The translations under genes were made by a program, and so were the position numbers. A stretch of DNA of 64,000 nt from the NCBI GenBank assembly GCA_035280265.1, contig DATEGE010000194.1, positions 486-64,485 of the forward strand, given 5' to 3'. The DNA comes from Gemmatimonadales bacterium (GTDB lineage Bacteria > Gemmatimonadota > Gemmatimonadetes > Gemmatimonadales > GWC2-71-9). Below the pieces are notes generated by a model. The model saw nothing but the letters and a program-made list of their open reading frames with translations. It searched no databases and was not told the DNA's origin. Of the stretch, positions 47,104 to 56,578 are shown piece by piece (the first letter of the stretch is position 1; each line of letters begins with the position of its first letter).

Positions 47104-47910
47104 ATGAAGCTCGCCGACAAGCTGATGGTCCCCCTGGGGAAACCGTTCGACCTGTCCGAATGGGATCCCGATGACACGCTGGGGTTCGATAAGGACGGGG
47201 CGAAGGCAAAGATGGAGCAGAGCATCGCGCGCCTCGACGAGCTGCAGTACTCGATGTACGCCGAGCACCGCCGCGCGCTGCTCGTCGTGCTGCAGGGGAT
47301 GGACGGAGCCGGCAAAGACGGCACGATTCGCCACGTCATGAGCGGCCTCAATCCGCAGGGGTGCCGGGTGACGTCGTTCAAGGCGCCCACCCCACAGGAA
47401 CTGGACCACGACTTTCTATGGCGGGTCCATTCCGCCGTGCCACCGCGCGGGGAAATCGCGATCTTCAACCGCTCGCATTATGAGGACGTACTGGCCGCGC
47501 GCGTACGGAAGCTCGTGCCGAAGGAGACGTGGTCCCGCCGTTACGACCACATCAATCGGTTCGAGGAGCTCCTGACCGACAGCGGCGTGGTCGTGGTGAA
47601 ATTCTTCCTGCACATCAGCCGCGACGAGCAGCGACAACGCTTTGAGGAGCGGTTACGCGACGCCACGAAGCAGTGGAAGTTGTCACCAAGCGACTTCGAG
47701 GACCGCAAGTACTGGGACGACTACGCCCGGGCCTACGAGGACGCGCTCAGTCGCTGCAGCACGCGCGAGGCGCCCTGGTTGGTCGTGCCGGCCAACAAGA
47801 AGTGGCTCCGCAATCTCGCGGTGTCGCGTATTCTCGTGGAGACGCTCGAAGCCCTCGACATTCGATTCCCCAAACCGTCCTTCGATCTCTCGCGCGTCAA
47901 GCTCGACTAG
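47104..47910 (+). CDS. polyphosphate kinase 2 family protein
   Basis: Walker A VLQGMDGAGKDG, plus FLWRVH and FNRSHYEDVL. ATG 47104 chosen. Confidence 0.85.
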   Translation: MKLADKLMVPLGKPFDLSEWDPDDTLGFDKDGAKAKMEQSIARLDELQYSMYAEHRRALLVVLQGMDGAGKDGTIRHVMSGLNPQGCRVTSFKAPTPQELDHDFLWRVHSAVPPRGEIAIFNRSHYEDVLAARVRKLVPKETWSRRYDHINRFEELLTDSGVVVVKFFLHISRDEQRQRFEERLRDATKQWKLSPSDFEDRKYWDDYARAYEDALSRCSTREAPWLVVPANKKWLRNLAVSRILVETLEALDIRFPKPSFDLSRVKLD

Positions 47911-48470
47911 CCGGGCTCCTCGTTGACTGGTCGCGGCCGCACCGGCAGGCCGATCTCTCCCGCCCACGCGTCGGTCAGCTCGAAAGTCTCGCCCATGTCG
48001 AATTGCAGAACGCGGAGCCGCCGCGCGAGATCTTTCAGCGCCCACAGCACGGTGCGCTGTACCTCCGTGGTGGACCATTGCCCGAACTCATTGTGACTCA
48101 AGTCCGTCTCGAGCGCCGCGCTAATCCGCCGCGCGAACTGACCGTGGGGACCGCTCGTTGCAGCGACTGGCTGCTCGCGCGCGGTCACCGGTGCCAGGGT
48201 TTCGGCCGGCCGCCGCTGGTCAGGCCCCGGACCCTCCCCCCACAGCACCCACTCGAGCGTGACACCGGCCAGGTTGCGCTCCCGCGCTCTGCTCACGATC
48301 AAGCGGGCGACATCGGCGGGAAACTTCTTGCGCTGCGGCCACTTCTTGATCGCCGCTTCGGTCAGCGGGGGACCGATCTCGGCGGCGAACTGCCGGTAGG
48401 TCAGGGAGATGCCACCCCAGGGCGAGAAGGCGTCTAGCAACCGACCCAACCGCTCCGATACGGGGCCCAT
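47907..48470 (-). CDS. hypothetical DNA-binding protein (Cro/YdaS-like N-terminus)
   Basis: The N-terminal segment LTYRQFAAEIGPPLTEAAIKKWPQRKKFPADVARLIV resembles a Cro/YdaS-type HTH. The C-terminal half is unknown. Sits next to an AT-rich divergent promoter region. Confidence 0.45.
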   Translation of the reverse strand: MGPVSERLGRLLDAFSPWGGISLTYRQFAAEIGPPLTEAAIKKWPQRKKFPADVARLIVSRARERNLAGVTLEWVLWGEGPGPDQRRPAETLAPVTAREQPVAATSGPHGQFARRISAALETDLSHNEFGQWSTTEVQRTVLWALKDLARRLRVLQFDMGETFELTDAWAGEIGLPVRPRPVNEEPG

Positions 48471-48489
48471 TTTCGGTCCTTTGCTGATC

Positions 48490-48517
48490 TTGACAGCTGA
48501 TAATATGGGACTAGTTT
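48490..48517 (+). promoter_or_regulatory. sigma-70-like promoter candidate (rightward)
   Basis: TTGACA-N16-TAGTTT in the AT-rich intergenic region. It would give a long (~190 nt) leader for the 48714 gene. Confidence 0.35.
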
Positions 48518-48527
48518 AGTGACTCAA
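48500..48527 (-). promoter_or_regulatory. sigma-70-like promoter candidate (leftward) for the Cro/YdaS-like gene
   Basis: Minus strand TTGAGT-N16-TATTAT, about 30 nt upstream of ATG 48470. Overlaps the rightward candidate back-to-back. Confidence 0.4.
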
Positions 48528-48713
48528 TCTGCTCAACACTAGCGTCAGCAGTGGTGGCTTACAGGGACAAGCTGTCACGCTTCGTAACTGACGTCAAGGG
48601 GCGTTCTTCAACGAGGAGGCGGAGGACCGGTGCACGGACTCGGGATGGTCATCGGACTACGCAGTACCCTGTACTCGACAGGGCACCGTTCAAAGGCAGG
48701 TCAGGAGGACGAC

Positions 48714-49031
48714 ATGGCACGCAGTAGGATCGACCTGGTGGCTGCGAACGCAGCAGCGGCGGAGAGTTTGGCGGCGGGGCTGGAGCCGCCGCTGAGGGAG
48801 CAGGTGATCTTCACCGGCTCCACGGACTGGACGCCGGACCAAGCTGAGCATTACATCGATTGGAGGATCCAGCAAATCGACACGGAGATCGCCAGGCTGC
48901 GCCAACAGCTCGACGACCTGACGTCCACCCGCAAGCGCTGGCTGGCGGTCACAGGTGGCCGATCCAAAATGTTCGCAACGGGCAACGGCAACGGGAACGG
49001 CAACGGTCACACGACGGGGAGCCCTTCGTAA
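48714..49031 (+). CDS. small hypothetical protein with (Gly-Asn)4 tract
   Basis: 105 aa starting at ATG 48714 (AGGAGG 6 nt upstream). Coiled-coil-like middle region and a GNGNGNGNG tract near the C-terminus. Followed by a strong hairpin terminator. Confidence 0.55.
   Translation: MARSRIDLVAANAAAAESLAAGLEPPLREQVIFTGSTDWTPDQAEHYIDWRIQQIDTEIARLRQQLDDLTSTRKRWLAVTGGRSKMFATGNGNGNGNGHTTGSPS
48981..49004 (+). repeat. hexanucleotide repeat (GGNAAC)x4 inside the CDS
   Basis: ggcaac ggcaac gggaac ggcaac encodes the GNGNGNGN tract. Confidence 0.7.
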
Positions 49032-49072
49032 ACACTCGGCCTGCTCATCCCCCGACAGCGACTGAGTGACAC

Positions 49073-49104
49073 AAAGCCCCGCAGCGATTGAGCTGCGGGG
49101 CTTT
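49073..49104 (+). terminator. rho-independent terminator hairpin
   Basis: AAAGCCCCGCAGC gattga GCTGCGGGGCTTT forms a perfect 13-bp stem with a 6-nt loop, 42 nt after the TAA at 49031. It is flanked by A/T runs, so it could act bidirectionally. Confidence 0.75.
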
Positions 49105-49130
49105 GTCGATTCCGAAGGCCTCCGAACGAC
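49104..49130 (+). promoter_or_regulatory. ECF41/42-type promoter candidate upstream of the DGPF-sigma operon
   Basis: TGTCGA-N17-CGAC located 46 nt upstream of ATG 49176. It resembles the TGTC..-N16/17-CG(T/A)C pattern I recall for ECF41/42 groups. Confidence 0.35.
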
Positions 49131-49175
49131 TACCTGGCAGACGCGCCATATTTCACTCCCGACTCGGAGGACGCC

Positions 49176-49532
49176 ATGAAATACCTGTGCCTGATTTACG
49201 AGGATGAAAAGGCGGGCCGGACCCTGCCCAAGGGCGAGATGGACAAGGTGATGGCCGAATACTGGGCCTTCACCGACGACGTCAAGACGCGCGGTTATCA
49301 CGTCGCGAGCAACGCGCTCCAGCCCACGAACAGCGCGACGACGCTGCGGATCCGAAACGGCAAGCTCTCGACGACCGACGGGCCCTTCGCGGAGACCAAG
49401 GAGCAGCTCGGGGGCTTCTATCTGATCGAGGCCAAGGACTTGAACGACGCCATCCAGGTCGCGGCCCGGATTCCGTCGGTGCGCTGGGGCTCGGTGGAGG
49501 TTCGGCCGGTTTGGGACCCGCCACGCCCGTAG
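49176..49532 (+). CDS. YciI/DGPF-family protein
   Basis: DGPFAETKEQLGGFYLIE signature. Confidence 0.85.
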   Translation: MKYLCLIYEDEKAGRTLPKGEMDKVMAEYWAFTDDVKTRGYHVASNALQPTNSATTLRIRNGKLSTTDGPFAETKEQLGGFYLIEAKDLNDAIQVAARIPSVRWGSVEVRPVWDPPRP

Positions 49533-50752
49533 CCGAGGCGATCGATGCCGTCTATCGCGCCGAATCCCGGCGCGTCCTTGCGACGCTGATCCGCCTCCTC
49601 GGCGACTTCGATCTCGCCGAGGAGGCGTTGCAAGAGGCCTTCACGGCAGCGGTCGAGCGATGGCCCGTCGATGGCATGCCCGAGAACCCACGGGCGTGGC
49701 TCGTTTCAACGGGCCGCTTCAAGGCGATCGATCATTTGCGCCGCCGTGCCCGCTTCGATGCTTCGCTGACCTCGCTGGCCGATCGGCTCGGCGCCGGCGT
49801 GACGGATCCGCCCGAGCTCGCTGACGACGGTGTCGAGGACGATCGGCTGCGGCTGATCTTCACCTGCTGCCATCCGGCGCTGCCACCCGACGCTCAGGTG
49901 GCGCTCACGCTGCGCGAGGTGTGCGGCCTCACCACTGAAGAGATCGCGCACGCGTTTCTCACCACCGCGCCCACCGTGGCGCAGCGCATCGTGCGCGCCA
50001 AGGGGAAGATCCGGGACGCCGGGATTCCGTATCAAGTGCCGATTCGCGCAGACCTGCCCGAGCGGCTCGACATTGTACTCCACGTGATCTACCTCGTGTT
50101 CAACGAAGGCTACTCGGCGTCGGCCGGAGCGACCGTCACCCGCGCTGACCTCTCCGCCGAGGCGATCCGGTTGGGCCGCCTGCTTGTCGAGCTGCTGCCT
50201 GATACAGAGGTGCAGGGCCTGCTCGCGCTGATGCTGCTCCACGACTCGCGTCGCGCGGCGCGCACGTCCGATACGGGCGAGATCGTGCTGCTCGACGACC
50301 AGGACCGCTCGCGGTGGGACCGTGCGCAAATCGCCGAGGGACTCGCACTGGTGGGGCGGGCGCTCGCGGCGCGGCGCGCAGGGCCGTACACGCTACAGGC
50401 GGCGATCGCCGCGGTGCACGCGAGGGCCGCCACCCCCGCCGCCACCGCTTGGGGGGAGATCGTGGAATGGTACGACGTGCTGCTGCGCCTGGACCCCTCG
50501 CCCGTGGTGGAGCTCAACCGCGCCGCCGCGGTGGCGATGCGCGATGGCCCGGAGGCCGGGCTCGTCCTGATCGACGCGATCCTCGCGCGCGGCACGCTGA
50601 GCGAGTATCATCTCGCGCACTCGGCCCGAGCAGAGCTGCTGCGCCGGCTGGGGCGACGCGACGAGGCCGTCACGTCATACCGGCGCGCGCTGCAGTACAC
50701 GACGCAAGAGCCCGAACGGCGGCTGCTGGAGAAACGACTGCATGGCCTGTGA
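49511..50752 (+). CDS. ECF sigma factor with C-terminal TPR-like extension (ECF42-type)
   Basis: Sigma regions 2 and 4 (DFDLAEEALQEAF...PRAWLVSTGRFKAIDHLRRR; LTLREVCGLTTEEIAHAFLTTAPTVAQRIVRAKGKI) plus a ~200-aa helical C-terminal extension. Lies immediately downstream of a DGPF gene. TTG start. Confidence 0.8.
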   Translation: MGPATPVAEAIDAVYRAESRRVLATLIRLLGDFDLAEEALQEAFTAAVERWPVDGMPENPRAWLVSTGRFKAIDHLRRRARFDASLTSLADRLGAGVTDPPELADDGVEDDRLRLIFTCCHPALPPDAQVALTLREVCGLTTEEIAHAFLTTAPTVAQRIVRAKGKIRDAGIPYQVPIRADLPERLDIVLHVIYLVFNEGYSASAGATVTRADLSAEAIRLGRLLVELLPDTEVQGLLALMLLHDSRRAARTSDTGEIVLLDDQDRSRWDRAQIAEGLALVGRALAARRAGPYTLQAAIAAVHARAATPAATAWGEIVEWYDVLLRLDPSPVVELNRAAAVAMRDGPEAGLVLIDAILARGTLSEYHLAHSARAELLRRLGRRDEAVTSYRRALQYTTQEPERRLLEKRLHGL

Positions 50753-50786
50753 CACCTCACCCCCACCCCCTGTCCCCCTCTCCACC

Positions 50787-52475
50787 ATGCAGAGAGGGAG
50801 GATGCGTCTCGCGGCAGGAGCCATCGCCGCGCTGGCGTTCGCGCCGCTCGCGATCGCCGGCGCACAAGACACAACCCGCTACACCCACGCCGACACATTG
50901 CGCGGCTCCAATGGGCCGGCACGCGCCTGGTGGGACGTGGCGTTCTACGACCTCCACGTGCGGGTGAACCTCACCGACTCGAGTATCGTCGGCTGGAACG
51001 GGATCACGTACCGGGTGCTGCGGCCGGCTCAGGAGATGCAAATCGACCTCCAAGTGCCGCTGGAGGTGGACAGCATCGTGCAGGATCACAAGAAGCTCGC
51101 CTATCGTCGCGACGGCAACGCCTGCTTCGTCACCCTCAAGGCGCGGCAGCAAGCGAATGCGCTACGCACCGTCACCGTCTGGTACCATGGCAAGCCGCGC
51201 ATCGGGCGGCGCCTCCCGTGGGACGGGGGATTCACCTTCCCGGTCGACAGCCTCGGGAATTCCTGGATTGCGACGGCCAACGAGGGTCTCGGTGCGAGCG
51301 CGTGGTGGCCCAACAAGGACTACCTCGGCGATGAGCCCGACAGCCAGCGGATCGCGATCACGGTGCCCGACCCCCTGATCGACGTGTCGAACGGCCGGTT
51401 GCGCAGTGCGACGCGCAACGGGGATGGCACGACCACGTACGAGTGGTTCGTCACCAGCCCGATCAACAACTACGACGTTGCGATCAACGCGGGCCGCTAC
51501 GCCCACTACAGCGATACCCTCGACGGGGAGGCGGGGCGTCTGACGCTCGACTTCTGGCCGCTCGCGTACCACCTCGAGGCTGCCCGACGACAGTTTCAGC
51601 AGGTGCTGCCGATGCTGAAGTGCTTCGAGCACTGGTTCGGACCTTATCCCTGGTACGCCGACGGGTACAAGCTCGTGGAGACGCCACACCTCGGCATGGA
51701 GCACCAAAGCGGCATCGCCTACGGCAACCATTTTCTCAACGGCTATCTGGGTCACGATCTATCGCGCACGGGACTTGGGTTACAGTGGGACTTCATCATC
51801 GTCCACGAGAGCGCGCACGAGTGGTTCGGGAACAGCATTTCGGCGGAGGATCACGCCGACATGTGGGTGCACGAGAGCTTCGCTAACTACGCCGAAGGAC
51901 TTTACACCGAGTGTCTACTCGGCAAGACGGCTGGCGCCGCCTACATGATCGGTGCCCGTCAGGGTGTTCGGAACGACCGCCCGGTGATCCCTCCCGCCTA
52001 CGGCGTCAATGCACAGGGGTCCGGGGACATGTACCCGAAGGGCGGGAACATGCTGCACACGATTCGCGCGATCATCGATGACGACGCCCGTTGGCGTGGC
52101 ATTTTGCGCGGGCTCAACCAGCGGTTCCGCCACCAGACCGTCACCGGGCAACAGATCCGCGATTACATCAGCCACGAGGCGGGGCTCGACCTGAATACAG
52201 TATTCGTACAGTATCTGAACACCACGCATGTCCCTACGCTCGAATACCGCGTCCATGAAGGGCTGCTGTCATACCGCTGGGCCGACGTCGTCCCCGGATT
52301 CAACATGCCCGTGCGGGTCAACGTGCCGGGGCTCGGGACTCGTGTGCTGCACCCCACCGACGCGTGGCAGACGCTCGAGGCACCGTCGCCGCAGGCCGCC
52401 GAATTGAGCGTGGACGAGAATTTTTACGTGACGGCCCGGAACGTCACCCCCACCACCGCAAGCGGATCCCGGTAG
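50787..52475 (+). CDS. secreted M1-family zinc metallopeptidase
   Basis: HESAHEWFGN...WVHESFANY (HExxH-18-E). Signal peptide present. The start is ambiguous between 50787 and 50802. Confidence 0.8.
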   Translation: MQRGRMRLAAGAIAALAFAPLAIAGAQDTTRYTHADTLRGSNGPARAWWDVAFYDLHVRVNLTDSSIVGWNGITYRVLRPAQEMQIDLQVPLEVDSIVQDHKKLAYRRDGNACFVTLKARQQANALRTVTVWYHGKPRIGRRLPWDGGFTFPVDSLGNSWIATANEGLGASAWWPNKDYLGDEPDSQRIAITVPDPLIDVSNGRLRSATRNGDGTTTYEWFVTSPINNYDVAINAGRYAHYSDTLDGEAGRLTLDFWPLAYHLEAARRQFQQVLPMLKCFEHWFGPYPWYADGYKLVETPHLGMEHQSGIAYGNHFLNGYLGHDLSRTGLGLQWDFIIVHESAHEWFGNSISAEDHADMWVHESFANYAEGLYTECLLGKTAGAAYMIGARQGVRNDRPVIPPAYGVNAQGSGDMYPKGGNMLHTIRAIIDDDARWRGILRGLNQRFRHQTVTGQQIRDYISHEAGLDLNTVFVQYLNTTHVPTLEYRVHEGLLSYRWADVVPGFNMPVRVNVPGLGTRVLHPTDAWQTLEAPSPQAAELSVDENFYVTARNVTPTTASGSR

Positions 52476-52486
52476 GGCAGTTCCCG

Positions 52487-53263
52487 ATGCCCGAGCCCCC
52501 AGCCCCTAGGCCCTACCTACTGAACGAGCTGACGTGGAGCGGCGTGCGCGACGCGCGCTATGAAGTGGCGGTGCTGCCCTGGGGCGCCACCGAGGCGCAC
52601 AACCTCCATCTCCCCTACTCCACCGACAACGTCGAGACCGAGCGGATCGCCGCCTTGGCGGCGCAACGCGCGTGGGAACGCGGCGCGCGCGTCGTGGTGC
52701 TTCCGGTGGTGCCATTCGGGGTCAACACCCTGCAGCTCGATATCCCGCTATGCCTCAACCTCAACCCGAGCTCGCAGGCGCTGGTGCTGCGAGACATCGC
52801 GACGTCGCTGGCGGGTCAGGGCATCCCTAAGCTCGTTATTCTCAACGGGCACGGCGGGAACGATTTCCGCCACATGATTCGCGAGCTGCAGCCCGGGGTG
52901 TCGGTGTTTCTGTGCACGGTCAACTGGTATCAGGTGGTCGACGCCAAGGCGTACTTCACCGATCTGGGGGACCACGCGGGGGAACTCGAGACGAGCGTGA
53001 TGCTGCACATCGCGCCGGAGCTGGTGCGGCCGCTGTCGAGCGCGGGGCCTGGCCGGGCGCGCCGCTTCACGGTCGCGGGGCTGCGTGAAGGGTGGGCGTG
53101 GGCGCCGCGCCGCTGGCGTCAGGTGACGGACGACACCGGCGTCGGCAATCCCGCGCGTGCGACGGCCGAGAAGGGACGGACGTACGTGGAGGCCGTGACC
53201 GAGAAGATCGGCGACTTCCTGGTGGATCTGGCGAAGGCGGATATCGCGAGGATGTACGAGTGA
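52487..53263 (+). CDS. creatininase-family amidohydrolase
   Basis: LPWGATEAHNLHLPYSTD, ILNGHGGN and GDHAGELETS motifs. ATG 52487 chosen. Confidence 0.8.
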   Translation: MPEPPAPRPYLLNELTWSGVRDARYEVAVLPWGATEAHNLHLPYSTDNVETERIAALAAQRAWERGARVVVLPVVPFGVNTLQLDIPLCLNLNPSSQALVLRDIATSLAGQGIPKLVILNGHGGNDFRHMIRELQPGVSVFLCTVNWYQVVDAKAYFTDLGDHAGELETSVMLHIAPELVRPLSSAGPGRARRFTVAGLREGWAWAPRRWRQVTDDTGVGNPARATAEKGRTYVEAVTEKIGDFLVDLAKADIARMYE

Positions 53264-53276
53264 GGAGGACACGATC

Positions 53277-54260
53277 ATGATAAATACGGTCAGGTGGACG
53301 CTGTGCGTCGGGGCGGGGCTGGTCCTCGCGATGCAGACGCCGAGCGTCGTCGAATACCCGCTGCCCCGCGCCAAGGCGTTCCCGCACGACCCCGCGGTGG
53401 GCCGCGACGGCATCGTTTGGTATACCGACCAGGCGAACAGCTACATCGGCCGGCTCGACCCCGCGACGGGGAAGGTGACCGATTATGCCACTCCGACCCC
53501 GGCCTCGGGGCCACACGGCATCGTCGTCGCACCCGATGGTGGCGTATGGTACACGGCGAACTTTCAGGGCCGACTGGGCCGCCTCGATCCCACGACCGGA
53601 GCGATCAAAGAGTACGTGCTCCCCTCCGAAGCGCGCGATCCTCACACGCCGCTATTTCATCAGGGCAAGGTGTGGTTCACAGTCCAAGGCGCGAACCTGT
53701 ACGGCCGGCTCGACCCTGCGACGGGCGAAGCGAAGATCTTCCCGGTCCCCACGCCCCGGGCGCGCCCGTACGGCCTCGTCGCCGGTCCCGACGGCGCGAT
53801 TTGGATGGCGCTGTTCGGCGCCAACAAAATCGGCCGCATCAATCCGGCGGATGGTGCGCTGCGCGAGTTCTCGCTCCCCGACGACGGCGCCCGGCCCCGC
53901 CGCTTGGCAGTGGACGGAAAGGGAATCGTGTGGTACACCGACTACGCCCGCGGCAAGCTCGGCCGGCTCGATCCGACGACGGGACAGGTGCGCGACTTCG
54001 CGAGCCCCGGGGGTCGTGGCAGCGCGCCGTACGGGATCGCCGTCGGCACCGATGGGCGCATCTGGTATGATGAGTCGAGCAAGGACGCGATCGTGGCGTT
54101 CGATCCCGCGACCGAGCGCATACAGACCGTGGCGATCCCCACCCGCGGGTCTGTGGTGCGCAACATGAGCGTGGATTCGACCCGCAAACGGTTATGGCTC
54201 GCCGAGAGTGGCATTCAGCGACTGGGGAAGATCGACCTGACCCAGGCACCGACGCCCTAG
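53277..54260 (+). CDS. Vgb-like (streptogramin-lyase fold) beta-propeller protein
   Basis: Signal peptide followed by about 7 repeats of the type G.(V/I)WYT....(G)RLDP.TG....(F/Y). Confidence 0.7.
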   Translation: MINTVRWTLCVGAGLVLAMQTPSVVEYPLPRAKAFPHDPAVGRDGIVWYTDQANSYIGRLDPATGKVTDYATPTPASGPHGIVVAPDGGVWYTANFQGRLGRLDPTTGAIKEYVLPSEARDPHTPLFHQGKVWFTVQGANLYGRLDPATGEAKIFPVPTPRARPYGLVAGPDGAIWMALFGANKIGRINPADGALREFSLPDDGARPRRLAVDGKGIVWYTDYARGKLGRLDPTTGQVRDFASPGGRGSAPYGIAVGTDGRIWYDESSKDAIVAFDPATERIQTVAIPTRGSVVRNMSVDSTRKRLWLAESGIQRLGKIDLTQAPTP

Positions 54261-54295
54261 CGGGCGCCTACCGACCGGGTTCGGCCTTTCCAGCC

Positions 54296-54335
54296 TGTCG
54301 CGTTTCCGCCCCTCGGTGCCGCGAAATCGCCCTAG
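54296..54335 (+). promoter_or_regulatory. tandem 21-bp-phased motif pair upstream of the dihaem cytochrome genes
   Basis: TGTCGCGTTTCCGCCCCTC gg TGCCGCGAAATCGCCCTAG. The proximal copy ends 61 nt before ATG 54397. Confidence 0.5.
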
Positions 54336-54396
54336 TATCTCGTCGCGCACCTCCGAGATTTGTTGTCGGACGCTGATCCGCGCAACGAGGTGATCT

Positions 54397-56538
54397 ATGG
54401 CCACCGATTCGCCGGTCCAGTTCGATCCCCGATCGGTCACCCGCATGTCCCGCGTCGCGCTGGACAATTTCTTCCGCCGAAGTCCCCCCGGACCGATTCC
54501 CGCCGGGCGCGCTCGGGGGACGGCGATCGTTTTCCCCGGGTCGGCGTTCACGGGTATCCTGGCGTCGCTGGCGCGCGCGCTGTTCTGGCAGGGGAAGGTC
54601 TTCACCCCGGAATCCGGCGACCTGCGCAATCTGATCACGCCGTTCGGAGTCCGGGCAATCCGCGCGAAGGTGTACCAAGACGAGAGCTGGTTTGCCAGCG
54701 GGCCGGCAATCATCCTCGACTACTCTCAGACGTCCTTCGTGGCACGGAAGATCCGCGATGAGATCCGCCTCGTGAGCCAGGGTGTCTATCTGGGTCAGGT
54801 TTACTGGGGCAAGCGCCGTATCGCACTGTTCATGCTGCAGTTCCCCACTGACACGCCCGCGCCGAGCCCTCTCGCTGGGGGACGATCGACGGCGACGCTG
54901 TCCGGTGTCGGTGTACTGCTGCAAGGCGTGTGGACGAGGTTTCTGCAGGCAAGCCGCTGGATCGGCGTCACCGTGCTCGCCTCATTGCTGATCGGCGGTG
55001 CCTATGTCTGGGCGCGACTCCGTGACGATCGGCCCGTCACCTACGTCGAGACCCGCGAGCACTTCAAGTATGGCTCGACCGGCGGAGAACGGGGTTGGGG
55101 GACCCATCTCGGGTTTGGGATCCCCTACTGGGTCTGGATCGCGCTGCCCGAACTGTTTCCGGAGTACCTGCCCGACCGCCAGCGCGGGAACGGCTACACG
55201 TCGTTCGGCATGATCTACGAGGATGGGAAGGATCCGCGCTTCGACCTACCGATCGGCATGTCGAGGCGGCGTGTCCAGGGCATCGATCGCGTGTACTTCA
55301 ACTGCGCGGTGTGTCACACGGGCTCGGTACGCCCGGCGCGCGGTGCGCCCCGCGAGGTCGTACTCGGCATGCCGGCCAACACGTTCAACCTGGGCGCGCT
55401 CGCGCAGTTCCTCAATAAGGCCGCGGGGGACTGGAAATTTCGGGCGACGCGCATCATGCCTCGGATCGAAGACCTGGAGGCCCAGCGCGCCGAACAGCCT
55501 CGCTCCCAAAACATTCCCCGACCCAGGCCGTTCAGTCCGGTGGACCGCTTCGTGTTCCGCTACCTCGGCGTCATGTTGCTGCGCGAGCAGCTCCTCACCC
55601 TTACGTCCCGGCTCTCGTTTCTCCGGCTCGACACGTGGGGCCCGGGGCGCGTCGACACGTTCAATCCCCCCAAGGCGCTGCTCGGGTTCCCGATGGAGCG
55701 GGCGCCGGAGCAGGAGAAAGTGGGCGTTGCGGCGTTTCCGGCCGTGTGGAATCAGCAGTGGAAGGAAGGTATGCAGCTCCATTGGGACGGGAACAACACG
55801 AGGGTGGATGAGCGCAACTTGAGCGCGGCGTTCGGGACCGGGGCTACGCCCACGACGCTGGACAAGGCGAGCGTGCTGCGTACCGCCGGCTTCTTGTGGG
55901 ACAAGGCGCGTCCTCCCGCCTTTCCAGCGGGCTACATCCGAGCCGACCTCGCGGCGCGGGGCGAGCCGTTGTATCGCCGGCTGTGCTGGTCCTGCCACGG
56001 CAATGGGCAGCCCCCGTTCCACACGCCTGGCGACGGCAGCCTCGTGGGCATGGTGACGCCGCTCGCCACCCTCGGCACGGACCCGGCCCGACTCGACTCA
56101 TACACGCGCGTCCTTGCGGCCGCGCAGAACTCCTTATACGCGGGGTTCCCGGCCGACGAGGAATGGTGTCGGGAGCGCCCGCGAGATGTGGCGCGCTGCT
56201 ACCCCGCGCGATTCAGCCATTTCCGCAAAACCAACGGTTACGCGAATGTGCCGCTCGACGGCCTATGGCTGCGAGCGCCCTACCTCCATAACGGCTCCGT
56301 GCCCGACCTGCAGGCGTTGCTCGAGCCGGCGCACGCGCGGCCCGCCGTCTTCTATACCGGCTACGACGTGTACGATTACCGGCGCGTCGGCTTCATCACG
56401 CAGGGACCAGACGCCGAGCGGTATGGGTGGCGATTCGACACGAACGTGCGCGGCAATGGCAACAGCGGTCACGAGTTCGGGACGAGCCTCTCGGGTGCCG
56501 ACAAGGCGGCGCTGATCGAGTACCTGAAGACGTTCTAA
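54397..56538 (+). CDS. membrane-anchored dihaem c-type cytochrome, CCP/MauG-like, with extra cytoplasmic N-terminal domain
   Basis: Two CxxCH motifs (CAVCHTG, CWSCHGNG) and a LRAPYLHNGSVPDLQALLEP segment like the conserved APY(F/L)H(D/N)GS..TL of cytochrome c peroxidases. One TM helix (WIGVTVLASLLIGGAYVWARL) follows a ~165-aa N-terminal domain. Paralog of 56579..58177. Confidence 0.6.
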   Translation: MATDSPVQFDPRSVTRMSRVALDNFFRRSPPGPIPAGRARGTAIVFPGSAFTGILASLARALFWQGKVFTPESGDLRNLITPFGVRAIRAKVYQDESWFASGPAIILDYSQTSFVARKIRDEIRLVSQGVYLGQVYWGKRRIALFMLQFPTDTPAPSPLAGGRSTATLSGVGVLLQGVWTRFLQASRWIGVTVLASLLIGGAYVWARLRDDRPVTYVETREHFKYGSTGGERGWGTHLGFGIPYWVWIALPELFPEYLPDRQRGNGYTSFGMIYEDGKDPRFDLPIGMSRRRVQGIDRVYFNCAVCHTGSVRPARGAPREVVLGMPANTFNLGALAQFLNKAAGDWKFRATRIMPRIEDLEAQRAEQPRSQNIPRPRPFSPVDRFVFRYLGVMLLREQLLTLTSRLSFLRLDTWGPGRVDTFNPPKALLGFPMERAPEQEKVGVAAFPAVWNQQWKEGMQLHWDGNNTRVDERNLSAAFGTGATPTTLDKASVLRTAGFLWDKARPPAFPAGYIRADLAARGEPLYRRLCWSCHGNGQPPFHTPGDGSLVGMVTPLATLGTDPARLDSYTRVLAAAQNSLYAGFPADEEWCRERPRDVARCYPARFSHFRKTNGYANVPLDGLWLRAPYLHNGSVPDLQALLEPAHARPAVFYTGYDVYDYRRVGFITQGPDAERYGWRFDTNVRGNGNSGHEFGTSLSGADKAALIEYLKTF

Positions 56539-56578
56539 TGGCACGCGCAGGCGCGATACGCGTGGGGAGGTTCGGGCC

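Noticed and set aside
48981-49004. Short tandem repeat considered as a CRISPR, minisatellite or phase-variation tract.
   Set aside because: It is only four in-frame hexamers inside a CDS. There is no spacer structure and no cas genes. Slippage would stay in frame.
47907-49104. AT-rich cassette considered as a mobile element.
   Set aside because: No integrase, transposase, terminal inverted repeats, direct repeats or tRNA target are visible. I kept it only as a low-confidence remark in the findings.
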